A stretch of DNA of 64,000 bases from positions 32,001 to 96,000 of the IMG/VR virus record IMGVR_UViG_3300042565_001021. One strand, given 5' to 3'. The DNA is from a virus. Both the position numbers and the translations under genes were made by a program. The notes below the pieces were generated by a model. That model did not search any database. It was not told the DNA's origin and saw nothing but the letters and a program-made list of their open reading frames with translations. Position 1 is the stretch's first letter. Every line of letters starts with the position of its first letter. Positions 10,283 to 19,509 of the stretch are shown here, piece after piece.

Positions 10283-10804
10283 ATGAAAAACCAACTATTC
10301 CTCAATGAGTACTTCGCAACTGAATGGAAACCAGATATAGAAAAATACAAATACTCGGGGTTATCGTTAATTGACCAGATACAGCCAGACGAGTGGGTTC
10401 TTGATGTAGGATGTGGCTATAATCCTTTTAAAGGAAAGATTAAGAACCTTGTCGGCATTGATCCGGCAAATCAAAACGCCGACGTAATAACAACCATTGA
10501 AGGTTACAAGACTGACAAAAGATTCGACGTAGCTTTCTGTTTAGGTAGCATTAACTTTGGCGACTCTGGCGAGATCTATCAACAAATAAAGAAGGTTACT
10601 TCTTTATTAACCTCTAAGGGTCGAATCTACTGGCGGTGTAACCCAGGACGGCAAGATCACGGAACAGAAGGGTGTACGAAAATACAATTCTTCAATTGGA
10701 CCACGACGTGGCACTATTACTTTGCTGCTGCGTCAGGGTTTACTGTTGTCGAGGTAAAAGAGGACTCAGGTAATCGTTTATACGCTGAGTGGATTTTAAA
10801 ATAA
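10283..10804 (+). CDS. Class I SAM-dependent methyltransferase
   Basis: VLDVGCG motif I; FDVAFCLGSINF. Confidence 0.85.
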   Translation: MKNQLFLNEYFATEWKPDIEKYKYSGLSLIDQIQPDEWVLDVGCGYNPFKGKIKNLVGIDPANQNADVITTIEGYKTDKRFDVAFCLGSINFGDSGEIYQQIKKVTSLLTSKGRIYWRCNPGRQDHGTEGCTKIQFFNWTTTWHYYFAAASGFTVVEVKEDSGNRLYAEWILK

Positions 10805-10925
10805 CTCGCCAAGTCTTTTATTTAGTGTTCGATCCAAATTTATAGTATGTGTGGTTTGCTTTTGTGTAATTGGCCTTAAATATTTTTGTAGGTGCAATGC
10901 CTACTAACTTTAAGGAGTAACTACA

Positions 10926-11711
10926 TTGTCTAAGCGTAAAAGTAACACACGCCGTTCATACTATGACATCGAAGAAACCAACAAGCAACCATTTTACAAA
11001 GGAGTAAAAGCAAACGCAGCAGGCAGCAATGTATTACCGTTTAACACATACGCAACACACCACAAGACTACGGTAACACTATTACCGAAAAGCGATAAGC
11101 AGGCAGAGTATATCAAACTCTTGCTAAACAAATCAAAGACAATCATCTTTGCTACTGGCCCAGCAGGCACAGGCAAAACCATGCTGGCTGTTACCGCAGC
11201 CATTAAAGCATTTAAACATGGCGAGTGCGACAAAATCGTTATTACACGCCCAGCAGTTGAAGTAGATGAAGAGAAACATGGCTTCCTACCAGGAACCTTA
11301 AACGAAAAGATGGCACCGTGGGTCAGACCAATTATTGATGTAATGAAGGATTACTTTACACCTAAAGATATCCAGCTAATGATCGAGGATGAAACCATTG
11401 AAGTTTCACCACTGGCATTTATGCGTGGTCGAACTTTTAAGAACAGTTGGATCATTGCGGACGAGATGCAAAACGCTACCCCAGGGCAGCTAAAGATGCT
11501 ACTAACCAGGATAGGAGAAGATAGTAGAATCATAGTAACGGGAGATACGCAGCAAACAGACAGGAAAGGGGCATCTAACGGTTTAGTAGATTTCCAGAAG
11601 AGGACTAGCGGGGCTACTTTATCGTTTATTAGCGGGGTCGAATTTTCAGGAGAAGATATACAAAGGCACCCAGCAGTAGAGGAAATCCTTAGAATATACG
11701 GAGATCTGTAG
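10926..11711 (+). CDS. phoH: PhoH-family ATPase
   Basis: GPAGTGKT, GFLPG, FMRGRTF, DEMQN, GDTQQTD, RHP motifs; TTG start after AAGGAG. Confidence 0.95.
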   Translation: MSKRKSNTRRSYYDIEETNKQPFYKGVKANAAGSNVLPFNTYATHHKTTVTLLPKSDKQAEYIKLLLNKSKTIIFATGPAGTGKTMLAVTAAIKAFKHGECDKIVITRPAVEVDEEKHGFLPGTLNEKMAPWVRPIIDVMKDYFTPKDIQLMIEDETIEVSPLAFMRGRTFKNSWIIADEMQNATPGQLKMLLTRIGEDSRIIVTGDTQQTDRKGASNGLVDFQKRTSGATLSFISGVEFSGEDIQRHPAVEEILRIYGDL

Positions 11712-11747
11712 TCATACTTTAAAAGTTAAGGTTGGGCTAAATACGGT

Positions 11748-12233
11748 ATGGATGTTTTTGGCCCAACTCACTTCTTCACTACATTAGCTCTAATGTATAA
11801 AAACCTGCGATTTATTTTGACCAGGGGTAATACTATTGTCGCTAGATTCTTGCTCTACTTGAGCGCGATTATTTGGTCAGTGGATACCTTGTTTCTCCCG
11901 TCAAGGCATTGGATGATGTTACATGAGTTAATTCGTATCTCACCTAATTTATTAAATGATATAGTGGTTTGGTTCTTACCTCTAGCAGCACTAATTTACG
12001 GAGTTTCTTCGATGATTGTATTGTTAGCAAAAGTTAAGATTCCTTACTTAACAGTAGCTAGCTCATTGACCGGCGCACTAATATGGACCATTGGATTGTC
12101 CTTAGACATTGCAGTTACTTCAGTATTATCCGGGTTCCCGAACAACTTTACAGAAATAGAAGCCACAACAATTACAGCAACACTTCTAGCTTGGTGGTTA
12201 TTAGCTAGGGACTTACTTAAGGTATCGAGATGA
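11748..12233 (+). CDS. Multi-pass membrane protein
   Basis: About 4 TM segments; TAAATA 4 nt upstream. Confidence 0.65.
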   Translation: MDVFGPTHFFTTLALMYKNLRFILTRGNTIVARFLLYLSAIIWSVDTLFLPSRHWMMLHELIRISPNLLNDIVVWFLPLAALIYGVSSMIVLLAKVKIPYLTVASSLTGALIWTIGLSLDIAVTSVLSGFPNNFTEIEATTITATLLAWWLLARDLLKVSR

Positions 12234-12703
12234 GTGAATCAGACTTAGCCAATCAATTAATCTCTTGGGCGATCGGAATCCCGTCGGTGGGTGTAGTTAT
12301 CGCTTACGGAATCTCAATGATTCGTCGACGTGTTTCGTCTGATTCTAAATCATTGAACGAAGATAAGTCCTATAACGATATGCTAGAAACATATCGCAGA
12401 GAGCGAGACGAGATTAAAACTGACCGAGATAGAATTATTGCTCGCATGTCTCTCATCGAACGCGAAAGAAATGAAGCAGTTGGGAAGGTAGGAAAACTAA
12501 CGGCAGAAGTTGAGTTCTTATCGACTCAAGTTACAGAGCTAAAGGTGCTAGTTGAGAAACTTAGCGTTACCTTAGACTTAGCAAGAGCAGAAATGCAAAA
12601 GTTTGCTGTAGAAAATGCTAAACTTGCTGCTCACGTGTCGTATCTGGAAGAGGTCATTGACCGTAACGAACAGAGACAAAAAGGAAACCACAATGGCGAG
12701 TAG
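12230..12703 (+). CDS. TM-anchored coiled-coil protein
   Basis: N-terminal TM helix, long heptad region; ATGA overlap with the previous gene. Confidence 0.7.
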   Translation: MSESDLANQLISWAIGIPSVGVVIAYGISMIRRRVSSDSKSLNEDKSYNDMLETYRRERDEIKTDRDRIIARMSLIERERNEAVGKVGKLTAEVEFLSTQVTELKVLVEKLSVTLDLARAEMQKFAVENAKLAAHVSYLEEVIDRNEQRQKGNHNGE

Positions 12704-13049
12704 AGCCACTAAACCTAACTTAGAAGCCAACGACGAGATGCTTAAAACTTTGTCTGAGACACGATCAGCGATTAGTAAAATCGAAGGAACGGCCTCTAAC
12801 ATCAACAAGATCGCACATGAGGTGACTATGCCTACTGAGGTCAGAGTTCGGCGCGACCCTAGCGAACTTTCTAACAGGTTTATTACAGGGATATTAGTAG
12901 TGCTAGTGGCAGTGATGGGAATGTTTGGCGTGCTGTTTTTCCATATCACTAGTCAAACCAGTAAGGATATTCAGCAGCTAGAATACCGCGTGTTGGTGTT
13001 AGAAAGTAAGACCGGTATTAAACAGCCTTTAAATAATTCAGTGAAGTGA
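12693..13049 (+). CDS. Single-pass membrane protein
   Basis: AAGGA-N8-ATG (MASRATK...); one TM segment. Confidence 0.6.
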   Translation: MASRATKPNLEANDEMLKTLSETRSAISKIEGTASNINKIAHEVTMPTEVRVRRDPSELSNRFITGILVVLVAVMGMFGVLFFHITSQTSKDIQQLEYRVLVLESKTGIKQPLNNSVK

Positions 13050-13713
13050 CTATCGCGTTGTTGTGCCAATGGTCGGGACCAGACTTCTTAATCTTCCCAG
13101 TGTAAGTGCCGTCGTCGCACAGTTCTTCGTGCTTAGTTAAGAACGAAACAAGGTTACCGAATTCGTCCTTGCCGAACGCAGAGTAGCAGTCAAACGATGC
13201 CACATAACGCTTCTCAATCAGCGTAAATTCCACAGTTACCTTATTGCCGTCGGCACCAAGCGACTGGCTGGTGTACATACACTCAGTCGTCTTTTCGTCG
13301 ATTGCTTCCCTGACCTTAGCGGAAGCATACACGTTAGGAGCATAAACCAGGATGCCAAGTTTGAACTCAGGCAGTTCTTCCTGTTCGAGCTCCTTGGCCA
13401 TGTCGGATATGAAGTTGCCAACTTTTTTACCGGCTAACAGGCTCAAAGTAACTTGGGACTGAATATGCTGAATGACTTCCGCCGCGTGTTCGCGATCAGC
13501 GTCAGTTATCTTTTTGTTGACAAGGGCGTCAAGGGCGATGCGCTTGTTGGACTTGACCTCGGGCGTTGCCGGAATCGTGACGCCGTCGAAATCCTTCCAC
13601 TCCGGGCGGGCGGGCTGATCTTCGCGAACAATCTCGTTGCCTTTAATGCGATAAGCATAACAGGCAGCAGCTACCATTTCGGCGGTATTGCGTTTTGGAG
13701 TATTGGTTTTCAT
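13018..13713 (-). CDS. Hypothetical early protein, possible C-terminal OB-fold
   Basis: 231-aa ORF with GAGG SD, downstream of an early promoter. Confidence 0.65.
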   Translation of the reverse strand: MKTNTPKRNTAEMVAAACYAYRIKGNEIVREDQPARPEWKDFDGVTIPATPEVKSNKRIALDALVNKKITDADREHAAEVIQHIQSQVTLSLLAGKKVGNFISDMAKELEQEELPEFKLGILVYAPNVYASAKVREAIDEKTTECMYTSQSLGADGNKVTVEFTLIEKRYVASFDCYSAFGKDEFGNLVSFLTKHEELCDDGTYTGKIKKSGPDHWHNNAIVTSLNYLKAV

Positions 13714-13725
13714 TTTAACCTCAGC

Positions 13726-13956
13726 TTAGGCAAACGGAACAAAGTCGTACAAGAACTCAACGCGCCGCGTGGGCTCGTGGGTTACGATGTTGGAAAGCTT
13801 GATGTCGCAGAGCACGATCATTCGGAGCACGTTCAGCAGTCCTTTTGCGGTGTCCTCGGACACATCATCGACGCACAGGGTGCCGTCATAAAAGTAAGCT
13901 TCGACGCCCGGGAGTTCCTTGCGAACTGCGTTTAGCACTTTAGTCTCGAATCCCAT
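13726..13956 (-). CDS. Hypothetical early protein
   Basis: First ORF after the early promoter at 13990-14017. Confidence 0.6.
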   Translation of the reverse strand: MGFETKVLNAVRKELPGVEAYFYDGTLCVDDVSEDTAKGLLNVLRMIVLCDIKLSNIVTHEPTRRVEFLYDFVPFA

Positions 13957-13973
13957 TTTGTTTAGTCCGTAGC

Positions 13974-14048
13974 GTTATTCAATAAAGCTATTATACGCTC
14001 TTTTACGGAAAAGTCAACCAAAATCTTAGGCTTTGTAAGTCATTGATT
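13974..14048 (-). promoter_or_regulatory. Early sigma70 promoter repeat with IHF-consensus site
   Basis: TTGACT(14012-14017)-N16-TATAAT(13990-13995); 53-bp near-identical copy at 50394-50446; AATCAATGACTTA at 14036-14048. Confidence 0.8.
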
Positions 14049-14287
14049 TACTTACGGTTCTGACGCATTAGGTTTGTGAGAAGATCTAGCCTGTACTCGG
14101 TCGTTCTTAGCTTGTTGCGCAGGCTCGTGATTTCAGCCTGCTGCTGCTGGAGCGTTATCTGCTGCTGCTCCTGCTGTTCCTTCGTCAAGCGTAGGTCCTT
14201 CACTTGGCCCAAGAGGGTCGGTGGTGGCGGAAGATTCGGATCCCGAATTCTTTTTGTTTTCTCAGCATACATTTTTTTGTAGTTCAT
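14048..14287 (-). CDS. Small coiled-coil protein
   Basis: 79-aa ORF with TAAATA 5 nt upstream. Confidence 0.65.
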   Translation of the reverse strand: MNYKKMYAEKTKRIRDPNLPPPPTLLGQVKDLRLTKEQQEQQQITLQQQQAEITSLRNKLRTTEYRLDLLTNLMRQNRK

Positions 14288-14301
14288 ATTTGTATTTATC
14301 G

Positions 14302-14368
14302 GATAAATAAGTGTAGTCCACGGAGCGACAACTCCCGACTACTCTAACATTAAAGGGCAATGTCAGCA
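14302..14368. ncRNA. Conserved two-hairpin element, copy 1 (endonuclease-associated)
   Basis: ATAAATA, then GTAGTC/GACTAC stem with CAC bulge and GGAG/CTCC stem, then CTAACATT/AATGTCAG stem. Confidence 0.7.
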
Positions 14369-15027
14369 TGTATATTTATTACGTTTACGCGTACCTCCGA
14401 AGTAAAGACTCAGCAACCGCTAAGGCCGGAACACCTTATTACATTGGTAAAGGCAAAGATGCCCGAATTGATAAACTACACGGGAAAGTTCCGGTACCAA
14501 AAGACAAAAAGAATCGAGTTGTTCTCGAAAGACACTTATCTGAAATTGGCGCCTTTGCCATTGAGCGTCGACTAGTAAGATGGTTTGGTCGTAAGGACTT
14601 AGGAACAGGAATACTATTAAATCAAACAGATGGCGGAGAAGGTTCTGCAGGTAGAATAATGCCAGAATCTGAACGGAAAAATAGATCAGCTCGCAATAAA
14701 GGAAAACCCGGAAGAATCTGGACTGAGGCTGAAAGACTAAACAAATCAACTCAGATGAAAGGTAGATTGCGAACAGCCGAGCAAAGGAAAGTAACATCTG
14801 AGTCATTGAAAGGTAAAGCAAAGCCGCCACGATCCGCCGAGCATAGCGCGAATCTTTCGAGGTCATTGGCAGGTAGGATTAGGAAACCGCTAACTCAAGA
14901 ACATATCGCAAATATCTCAGCCGGAAAAATAGGCAAAACTAAAGGGAAACCGTGGAGCCAAGCAAGAAGAGATGCTCACATTAAACGGTTGGCGCTTCGG
15001 GCTCAGTTGGTGTCGTCTCGGGCGTAG
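14368..15027 (+). CDS. Free-standing GIY-YIG homing endonuclease with NUMOD3-like repeats
   Basis: YYVYAY...PYYIGKG...E...[10 protein letters not shown], then basic repeats ([22 protein letters not shown]). Confidence 0.85.
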   Translation: MYIYYVYAYLRSKDSATAKAGTPYYIGKGKDARIDKLHGKVPVPKDKKNRVVLERHLSEIGAFAIERRLVRWFGRKDLGTGILLNQTDGGEGSAGRIMPESERKNRSARNKGKPGRIWTEAERLNKSTQMKGRLRTAEQRKVTSESLKGKAKPPRSAEHSANLSRSLAGRIRKPLTQEHIANISAGKIGKTKGKPWSQARRDAHIKRLALRAQLVSSRA

Positions 15028-15370
15028 GATTTTCTTGAACTGGTTCATCTTTTTCCTTTGTCTCTACGCTTAGACCAAACATCTGAAACCGTTGATTCAA
15101 CTCATCCTTGTTGTTGCTGTAGAAGTAGTTAAACAGTTCCTCAAAGGTTTTGTCGTTCTGGAAACTGTTTCGTTCAACTCGCCCCTGACTAATATTTAGC
15201 ACAATTCGAGCCGAAAGGAAGTCTTTGTTCTTCAGCCCGTAAGTGACAAGAAGTTCTTCATCCCACTTAATGTTGCCGGGATTCTTCATGTATCCTGGTT
15301 GAGCAGTGGCATGCTTCTTGCGTGGGTGAGCTGAGTATTTTGCTACGAGGTAAACGTCTTTAGTTTTCAT
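14981..15370 (-). CDS. Hypothetical protein
   Basis: 129-aa ORF with AAGGA SD. Confidence 0.65.
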   Translation of the reverse strand: MKTKDVYLVAKYSAHPRKKHATAQPGYMKNPGNIKWDEELLVTYGLKNKDFLSARIVLNISQGRVERNSFQNDKTFEELFNYFYSNNKDELNQRFQMFGLSVETKEKDEPVQENPTPETTPTEPEAPTV

Positions 15371-15383
15371 CTTGTTCCTTTGA

Positions 15384-15452
15384 GATAAATAATTGTGTAG
15401 TTCGCGGACCCTCCAATCCCAACTACTCTAACATAAAAGGACTATGTCAGCA
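15384..15452. ncRNA. Conserved two-hairpin element, copy 2
   Basis: GTAGTT/AACTAC stem, CGC bulge, GGA/TCC stem; CTAACATA/TATGTCAG stem. Confidence 0.7.
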
Positions 15453-16228
15453 ATGTATTTAACAAACAAATATACTAAGTGGTATAATAACATCATATTA
15501 ACCGCCAAAGCAAGAAGCTTGCTCAAAATTGGTTATTCTGAGAAACATCATATAATACCTAAATCGCTGGGTGGAAACAACAGTAAAGATAACATTGTTG
15601 CTTTAACCGCAAGAGAACACTATGTTTGCCATTTACTTTTACCTAAGATGACCACCGGTAAGGATAGAAATAAAATGGCCTACGCTCTCTCCACCGTATG
15701 CTAAGTGGAAATAGCGATAGGTATCTTCCTAAATCAAAAATATACGAACTTGTTCGTAAATCTATTAAGTCAATGCTTCTCGGTCGTGTTTTCACTAAAG
15801 ACACTCTACAGAAAATGAGTCTGGCAAAGAAAGGAAAACCTAAACCAGATGACATAGCAGCTCGGCTCCGTGTTGCTCGAAAAGGAATGACTAATAGTCA
15901 AGCACATAGAGACAAGTGTTCGTATGCGCTGAGCGGTAGAACCTTCTCAGATACAGCTAAAAAGAATATGAGCTTAAACCACGCAGATGTGGCAGGAAGT
16001 GGCAACCCAAGAGCAAGAGTATGGTTAGTAACAGACCCCAATGGAAAAGAAACTGTATTAAACGGTAACATGGGACAATTTTGCCAAGAAAATAACTTAC
16101 CTGTTTCAGTAATGAGATCAATTGGCCGCGGAAATCGGCCCCCTAAGAGTGGAAGATGCGTTGGTTGGGGTGTATCTCTTATTTCCGACGAATCCGACAT
16201 AATTCTATTAAGGTCGCGGACAGGTTAA
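15444..16228 (+). pseudogene. HNH homing endonuclease with NUMOD3 repeats, frameshifted
   Basis: EKHHIIPKSLGG...N...LTAREHYVCH HNH core (15444-15704) plus a NUMOD3 ORF (15698-16228); removing one CT/TC unit at 15685-15691 fuses them (AYAL-HRM-LSGN). Confidence 0.8.
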
Positions 16229-17111
16229 TCTCTGGGTCAGCGCAAAGCGAATGATTTACTAACCCTTGCCTGATAATAATGATTGCGTCATCTTGTTCTT
16301 CTTCACTGTCTCCCCATAAAGAGAGATTATTATAAGTCCAGGCAAAGATCTCATCAACGTCCTCTGGGTTAGCACTTCCGCAAATAAGAGCCCTTGCGTC
16401 TTTAATCTTGCCTTTCTTAAACAGATCAACTGCGTCAATGCGCCAGTCTAATATAGACTTGTCAGCAGCAGACGGCATTAACAGCTTTCCTGTAGTTGAA
16501 TGCTGTTGAACCGAGTTCAAGCATTTGCGCAGGTCTGGGTAAGTGCCTTTAACGTAAGAGTCTAAGGTGTCAAGGTCGAACTCCACACCTTCAGTTACTA
16601 GAACAGTTGCTACGCGGGCAGTGAATTCTGTATGATCAGTTTGCGCAAAGTGAAAACCTTGACAACGGCTGTGAAGCGGAGGTGTTATCTTGTTAGGGTG
16701 GTTAGTTGTCAAGATAAATCTAACGCACTGGCTGTATTCTTCCATGGTGGCTTTCATTGCGTCTTGGCCTTGAGGAGATATACGATCTGCTTCGTCTAAC
16801 AGGACTACCTTCATGTCCCCGAACGGCATGGTCTGGCAAAAAGGGTGTACTTTCTCACGGATAAATCCGATACCGTTCTCGCGTGACGCATTGACGTATA
16901 GAACATCGTAGTCATCAATCTCTAATTGATGAACTAACAACTTCGCAAGCGTTGTCTTTCCAATACCTGCGCTACCACTAAACAGCAGGTTTGGTATTGT
17001 CTTTGTCTTAATCCAGGCCTCTACCTGATGCCTTTGAGTTTCGTCTTTGAAGACGTAGGAAGAGACTTCTTTCGGACGGTATTTTTCTGTCCAAAGTTCA
17101 TTAATCGCCAT
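16179..17111 (-). CDS. Sliding-clamp loader ATPase subunit (RFC small subunit/gp44-like)
   Basis: WTEKYRP, GSAGIGKTT, LLDEAD, SRC motif, PDLRKCLN. Confidence 0.93.
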   Translation of the reverse strand: MAINELWTEKYRPKEVSSYVFKDETQRHQVEAWIKTKTIPNLLFSGSAGIGKTTLAKLLVHQLEIDDYDVLYVNASRENGIGFIREKVHPFCQTMPFGDMKVVLLDEADRISPQGQDAMKATMEEYSQCVRFILTTNHPNKITPPLHSRCQGFHFAQTDHTEFTARVATVLVTEGVEFDLDTLDSYVKGTYPDLRKCLNSVQQHSTTGKLLMPSAADKSILDWRIDAVDLFKKGKIKDARALICGSANPEDVDEIFAWTYNNLSLWGDSEEEQDDAIIIIRQGLVNHSLCADPEINLSATLIELCRIRRK

Positions 17112-17175
17112 TTGCTACCTTTCTAAAGTATAGCTAATTATAGTGGTTCAGTCAGGTAAAGAGCAAGTCGTTTGA

Positions 17176-17562
17176 TTAATACCGCGGAGCACCGTTCATC
17201 TGTTCGTTAGTAAGCGGGATGCCCATGTTTTCGTCTAGTATTTCTTCGTCCGAAATAGCTAGGATATCGTCAGTATCAACACGGCGAACTGTATGCTTGC
17301 CATCAGCATCCTTAATATCGACACCTCGTGTCCAGCGTCCATGAGATACAAGGACCCATTGGCCGACTCTAATGTGTTTCTGGTCTGGACCGACAGAATA
17401 AACTCGTCCCCAACGAGGATGAACCCCGTGCAGTTGTTTGTCATCGCTTGGTATAAACAAGCCTGTTGAAGTGACGCGCTCTTTAAACTGCATGTCTGCT
17501 ACAATAACTCCGTCGAACAACGGGGTTAAGGACTTTAATTCAATCGGATCGTATGCGCTCAT
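17176..17562 (-). CDS. groES: Co-chaperonin GroES-like protein
   Basis: PLFDGVIV, TSTGLFIP mobile loop, GRVYSVGP, VGQWV, DILA. Confidence 0.85.
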   Translation of the reverse strand: MSAYDPIELKSLTPLFDGVIVADMQFKERVTSTGLFIPSDDKQLHGVHPRWGRVYSVGPDQKHIRVGQWVLVSHGRWTRGVDIKDADGKHTVRRVDTDDILAISDEEILDENMGIPLTNEQMNGAPRY

Positions 17563-17753
17563 TTAATGTTTTCTTTCTCTAGGATAGTTAAAGTTACTGC
17601 TTTCCGTATCTTCTTAGCTGATACATGTTCTGGTTCTTGCCATGGTTTAAGAATAGGCAAGAACCCTTGTTTCTTTCGTTCTTTCTCAGCCCTGGCTTGG
17701 TAAATTCTACTAGCCTCTTTAATAGTAACCATCATCGGATACTTTTTGCTCAT
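17559..17753 (-). CDS. Hypothetical protein
   Basis: ATGA-coupled on both sides. Confidence 0.55.
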   Translation of the reverse strand: MSKKYPMMVTIKEASRIYQARAEKERKKQGFLPILKPWQEPEHVSAKKIRKAVTLTILEKENIK

Positions 17754-18112
17754 TTTTTAGATTTCGATACTGTGCTTGCTAATGTGCCACGCATTGGCTT
17801 TGCTGTTGGCTTTGGTGCTACTACGGCCTCTTGTGGTTCTTCAAAGTCAGACTCGTCAAGCCCAGATTTTGCGCTAATAGGTGCGTCTGCTTGCGCTGTG
17901 TGCTTAGGCGGATCCATTGCGGTCGGAGTCTTCAGAGCGTAATACTCTTTCATTATCTGATCTTTAGTTTTCACTACTTTGCCGCCGCGGCCGAGCTCGT
18001 CGCCCCTAGCATTTACTTTCATGTTACCGATAGCAATCGCTGTGTCATTTTTAAGGAATAGTTTTTCAACGTCGACTACTTTCCCCATCGCTGTTCTGTG
18101 AATCTTTGGCAT
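17750..18112 (-). CDS. Hypothetical late protein
   Basis: TATAAATA and AGGAG upstream. Confidence 0.7.
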   Translation of the reverse strand: MPKIHRTAMGKVVDVEKLFLKNDTAIAIGNMKVNARGDELGRGGKVVKTKDQIMKEYYALKTPTAMDPPKHTAQADAPISAKSGLDESDFEEPQEAVVAPKPTAKPMRGTLASTVSKSKK

Positions 18113-18157
18113 TGTGTTGTTCTCCTGTTGTTAAGTATTTATAGGACTTAACATGGG

Positions 18158-18670
18158 TTATTTTAAAAACTCTTCGATAGGGAGATCAAAAAATAGAGAA
18201 TTTATGCGGTGTACGCCTATGAGGTAAAGGACATAAGACGCAGTTGAACTACCGCGACCAACTCCCCACACTATTCCATTTTTACGAAAGGTATCAACCA
18301 GATATTTCATAAAACGCAGAATATCAAATGCGTCACGGTCTTGGAACATTAGCAGCTCTTTACCGACCCGTTGTAGTTCTTCGTCGGTCTTACATTCACG
18401 CAATACCCAATTGGCTATGTCTAGTGTTTTGTATTCGTCCGGCATCAACCAATTGCCTTGGTTTTGTTTGTCAAAGTCTTCGACTGAAATCTCTAGTGTC
18501 TTGTATTTTTCTAACTTCGGGAGATCGACAAACAGAGCCTTGATGCTGTTATTAAAGTCCTCTGGGTCGTCGACCCTGATATTGCTCAAGTCAAGCAAAG
18601 GATCTGCGTATAACATATCGCATATCTCTTCTGAGCTTGCGTGAGGAGTTCCGTATTTGTCTATTTGCAC
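18158..18670 (-). CDS. DNA polymerase III alpha (DnaE) fragment as a stand-alone gene
   Basis: RVGKEL...GVGRGSSTASYVLYLIGVHRINS matches the DnaE GPGRGS...LGIT motif; only 170 aa. Confidence 0.8.
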   Translation of the reverse strand: MQIDKYGTPHASSEEICDMLYADPLLDLSNIRVDDPEDFNNSIKALFVDLPKLEKYKTLEISVEDFDKQNQGNWLMPDEYKTLDIANWVLRECKTDEELQRVGKELLMFQDRDAFDILRFMKYLVDTFRKNGIVWGVGRGSSTASYVLYLIGVHRINSLFFDLPIEEFLK

Positions 18671-18924
18671 TTGCTTTCCTCTATCTTCATAATTGCTACC
18701 ATGTTAGCGATTATTTCGTCGTCGATTGCTCTCTGAATTTCAACAGCAATTCGCGCACTCATTTCGGCCTCAAACTTTTCCTGCTCTGTTCGGTTGTCAA
18801 CTGGAGCCTGTAAAGCTTCCCAAGTTGCCTTCTTGCTTACTCGTTTCTTTTTAGGTTTAGGACATTGCGGCATTTCCACAATGTAATCTGTCAGCCATTT
18901 GGCCATTAGTTTTCGATCAGTCAT
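18661..18924 (-). CDS. Small protein with a major-capsid-like helix
   Basis: Probable start MTDRK at 18924; C-terminal FEAEMSARIAVEIQRAIDDEIIANM. Confidence 0.55.
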   Translation of the reverse strand: MTDRKLMAKWLTDYIVEMPQCPKPKKKRVSKKATWEALQAPVDNRTEQEKFEAEMSARIAVEIQRAIDDEIIANMVAIMKIEESKCK

Positions 18925-19096
18925 CTTTTTTCTTAGCTGTGTAACAGCGGTCAAAATAGGCTTCGTCTGCCCGTTCTGCTGCTGCCCGTATCTTCTCACG
19001 GATCAATCTACCAAGTTCACCTTCGTTATAACGCCGTCGCAACTCTTCTGCGCTAGTGTTTAATGTTTTCCACATCTCTTCTTGCTCAGGTGTCAT
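18917..19096 (-). CDS. Small protein (59 aa, not in ORF track), paralogue of the neighbour
   Basis: MTPEQEEMWKTL...; same N-terminus as 19086-19268. Confidence 0.6.
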   Translation of the reverse strand: MTPEQEEMWKTLNTSAEELRRRYNEGELGRLIREKIRAAAERADEAYFDRCYTAKKKDD

Positions 19097-19268
19097 CTTT
19101 GCTAGCTCTGTCTAATAACTCTTTTCCGATCGAATCTCTAAGAGAATCTCTAAGTACCCGCAAGTTTTTTCTGATTGTAGCCTGAAACCTTTCTTCGGCA
19201 ATCTCAGCAGCAATTTCCTCGTTAGTTTTCTTTAGTAAATCCCACACCTTTTGTTGCTCAGGTGTCAT
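19086..19268 (-). CDS. Small hypothetical protein
   Basis: MTPEQQKVWDLLKK... Confidence 0.6.
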   Translation of the reverse strand: MTPEQQKVWDLLKKTNEEIAAEIAEERFQATIRKNLRVLRDSLRDSIGKELLDRASKDDT

Positions 19269-19269
19269 C

Positions 19270-19509
19270 TTAATTAATGTCGATGATGTTCTTAAACTCT
19301 GCCGATTTTTCGACCATCTCAGCTATCTTTATGTCGTTGCGCCTAGTTAGTTCGGCATGGTAATCTCTCTGAAACATTTGGAGTTGATTAATAGCATCTC
19401 CCATTCCGAGCCTATAAGCTTGGCTAATCCTCTTAGCGATTTCACCTATCTTCGTCTGGAGCTCGTCGTCCGTTAGTTTGGTTAAATCCTGTATCAATGG
19501 GTGAGTCAT
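19270..19509 (-). CDS. Hypothetical protein
   Basis: 79-aa helical ORF with AAGGA SD. Confidence 0.65.
   Translation of the reverse strand: MTHPLIQDLTKLTDDELQTKIGEIAKRISQAYRLGMGDAINQLQMFQRDYHAELTRRNDIKIAEMVEKSAEFKNIIDIN

Noticed and set aside
14360-14575. 71-aa ORF starting at the ATG inside element copy 1
   Set aside because: It is out of frame with the GIY-YIG gene and the SD is too close; the ATG is better explained as part of the stem
17164-17177. Fourth IHF-like site (CAAGTCGTTTGATT)
   Set aside because: Spacing is one base off the consensus and differs from the invariant 13-mer
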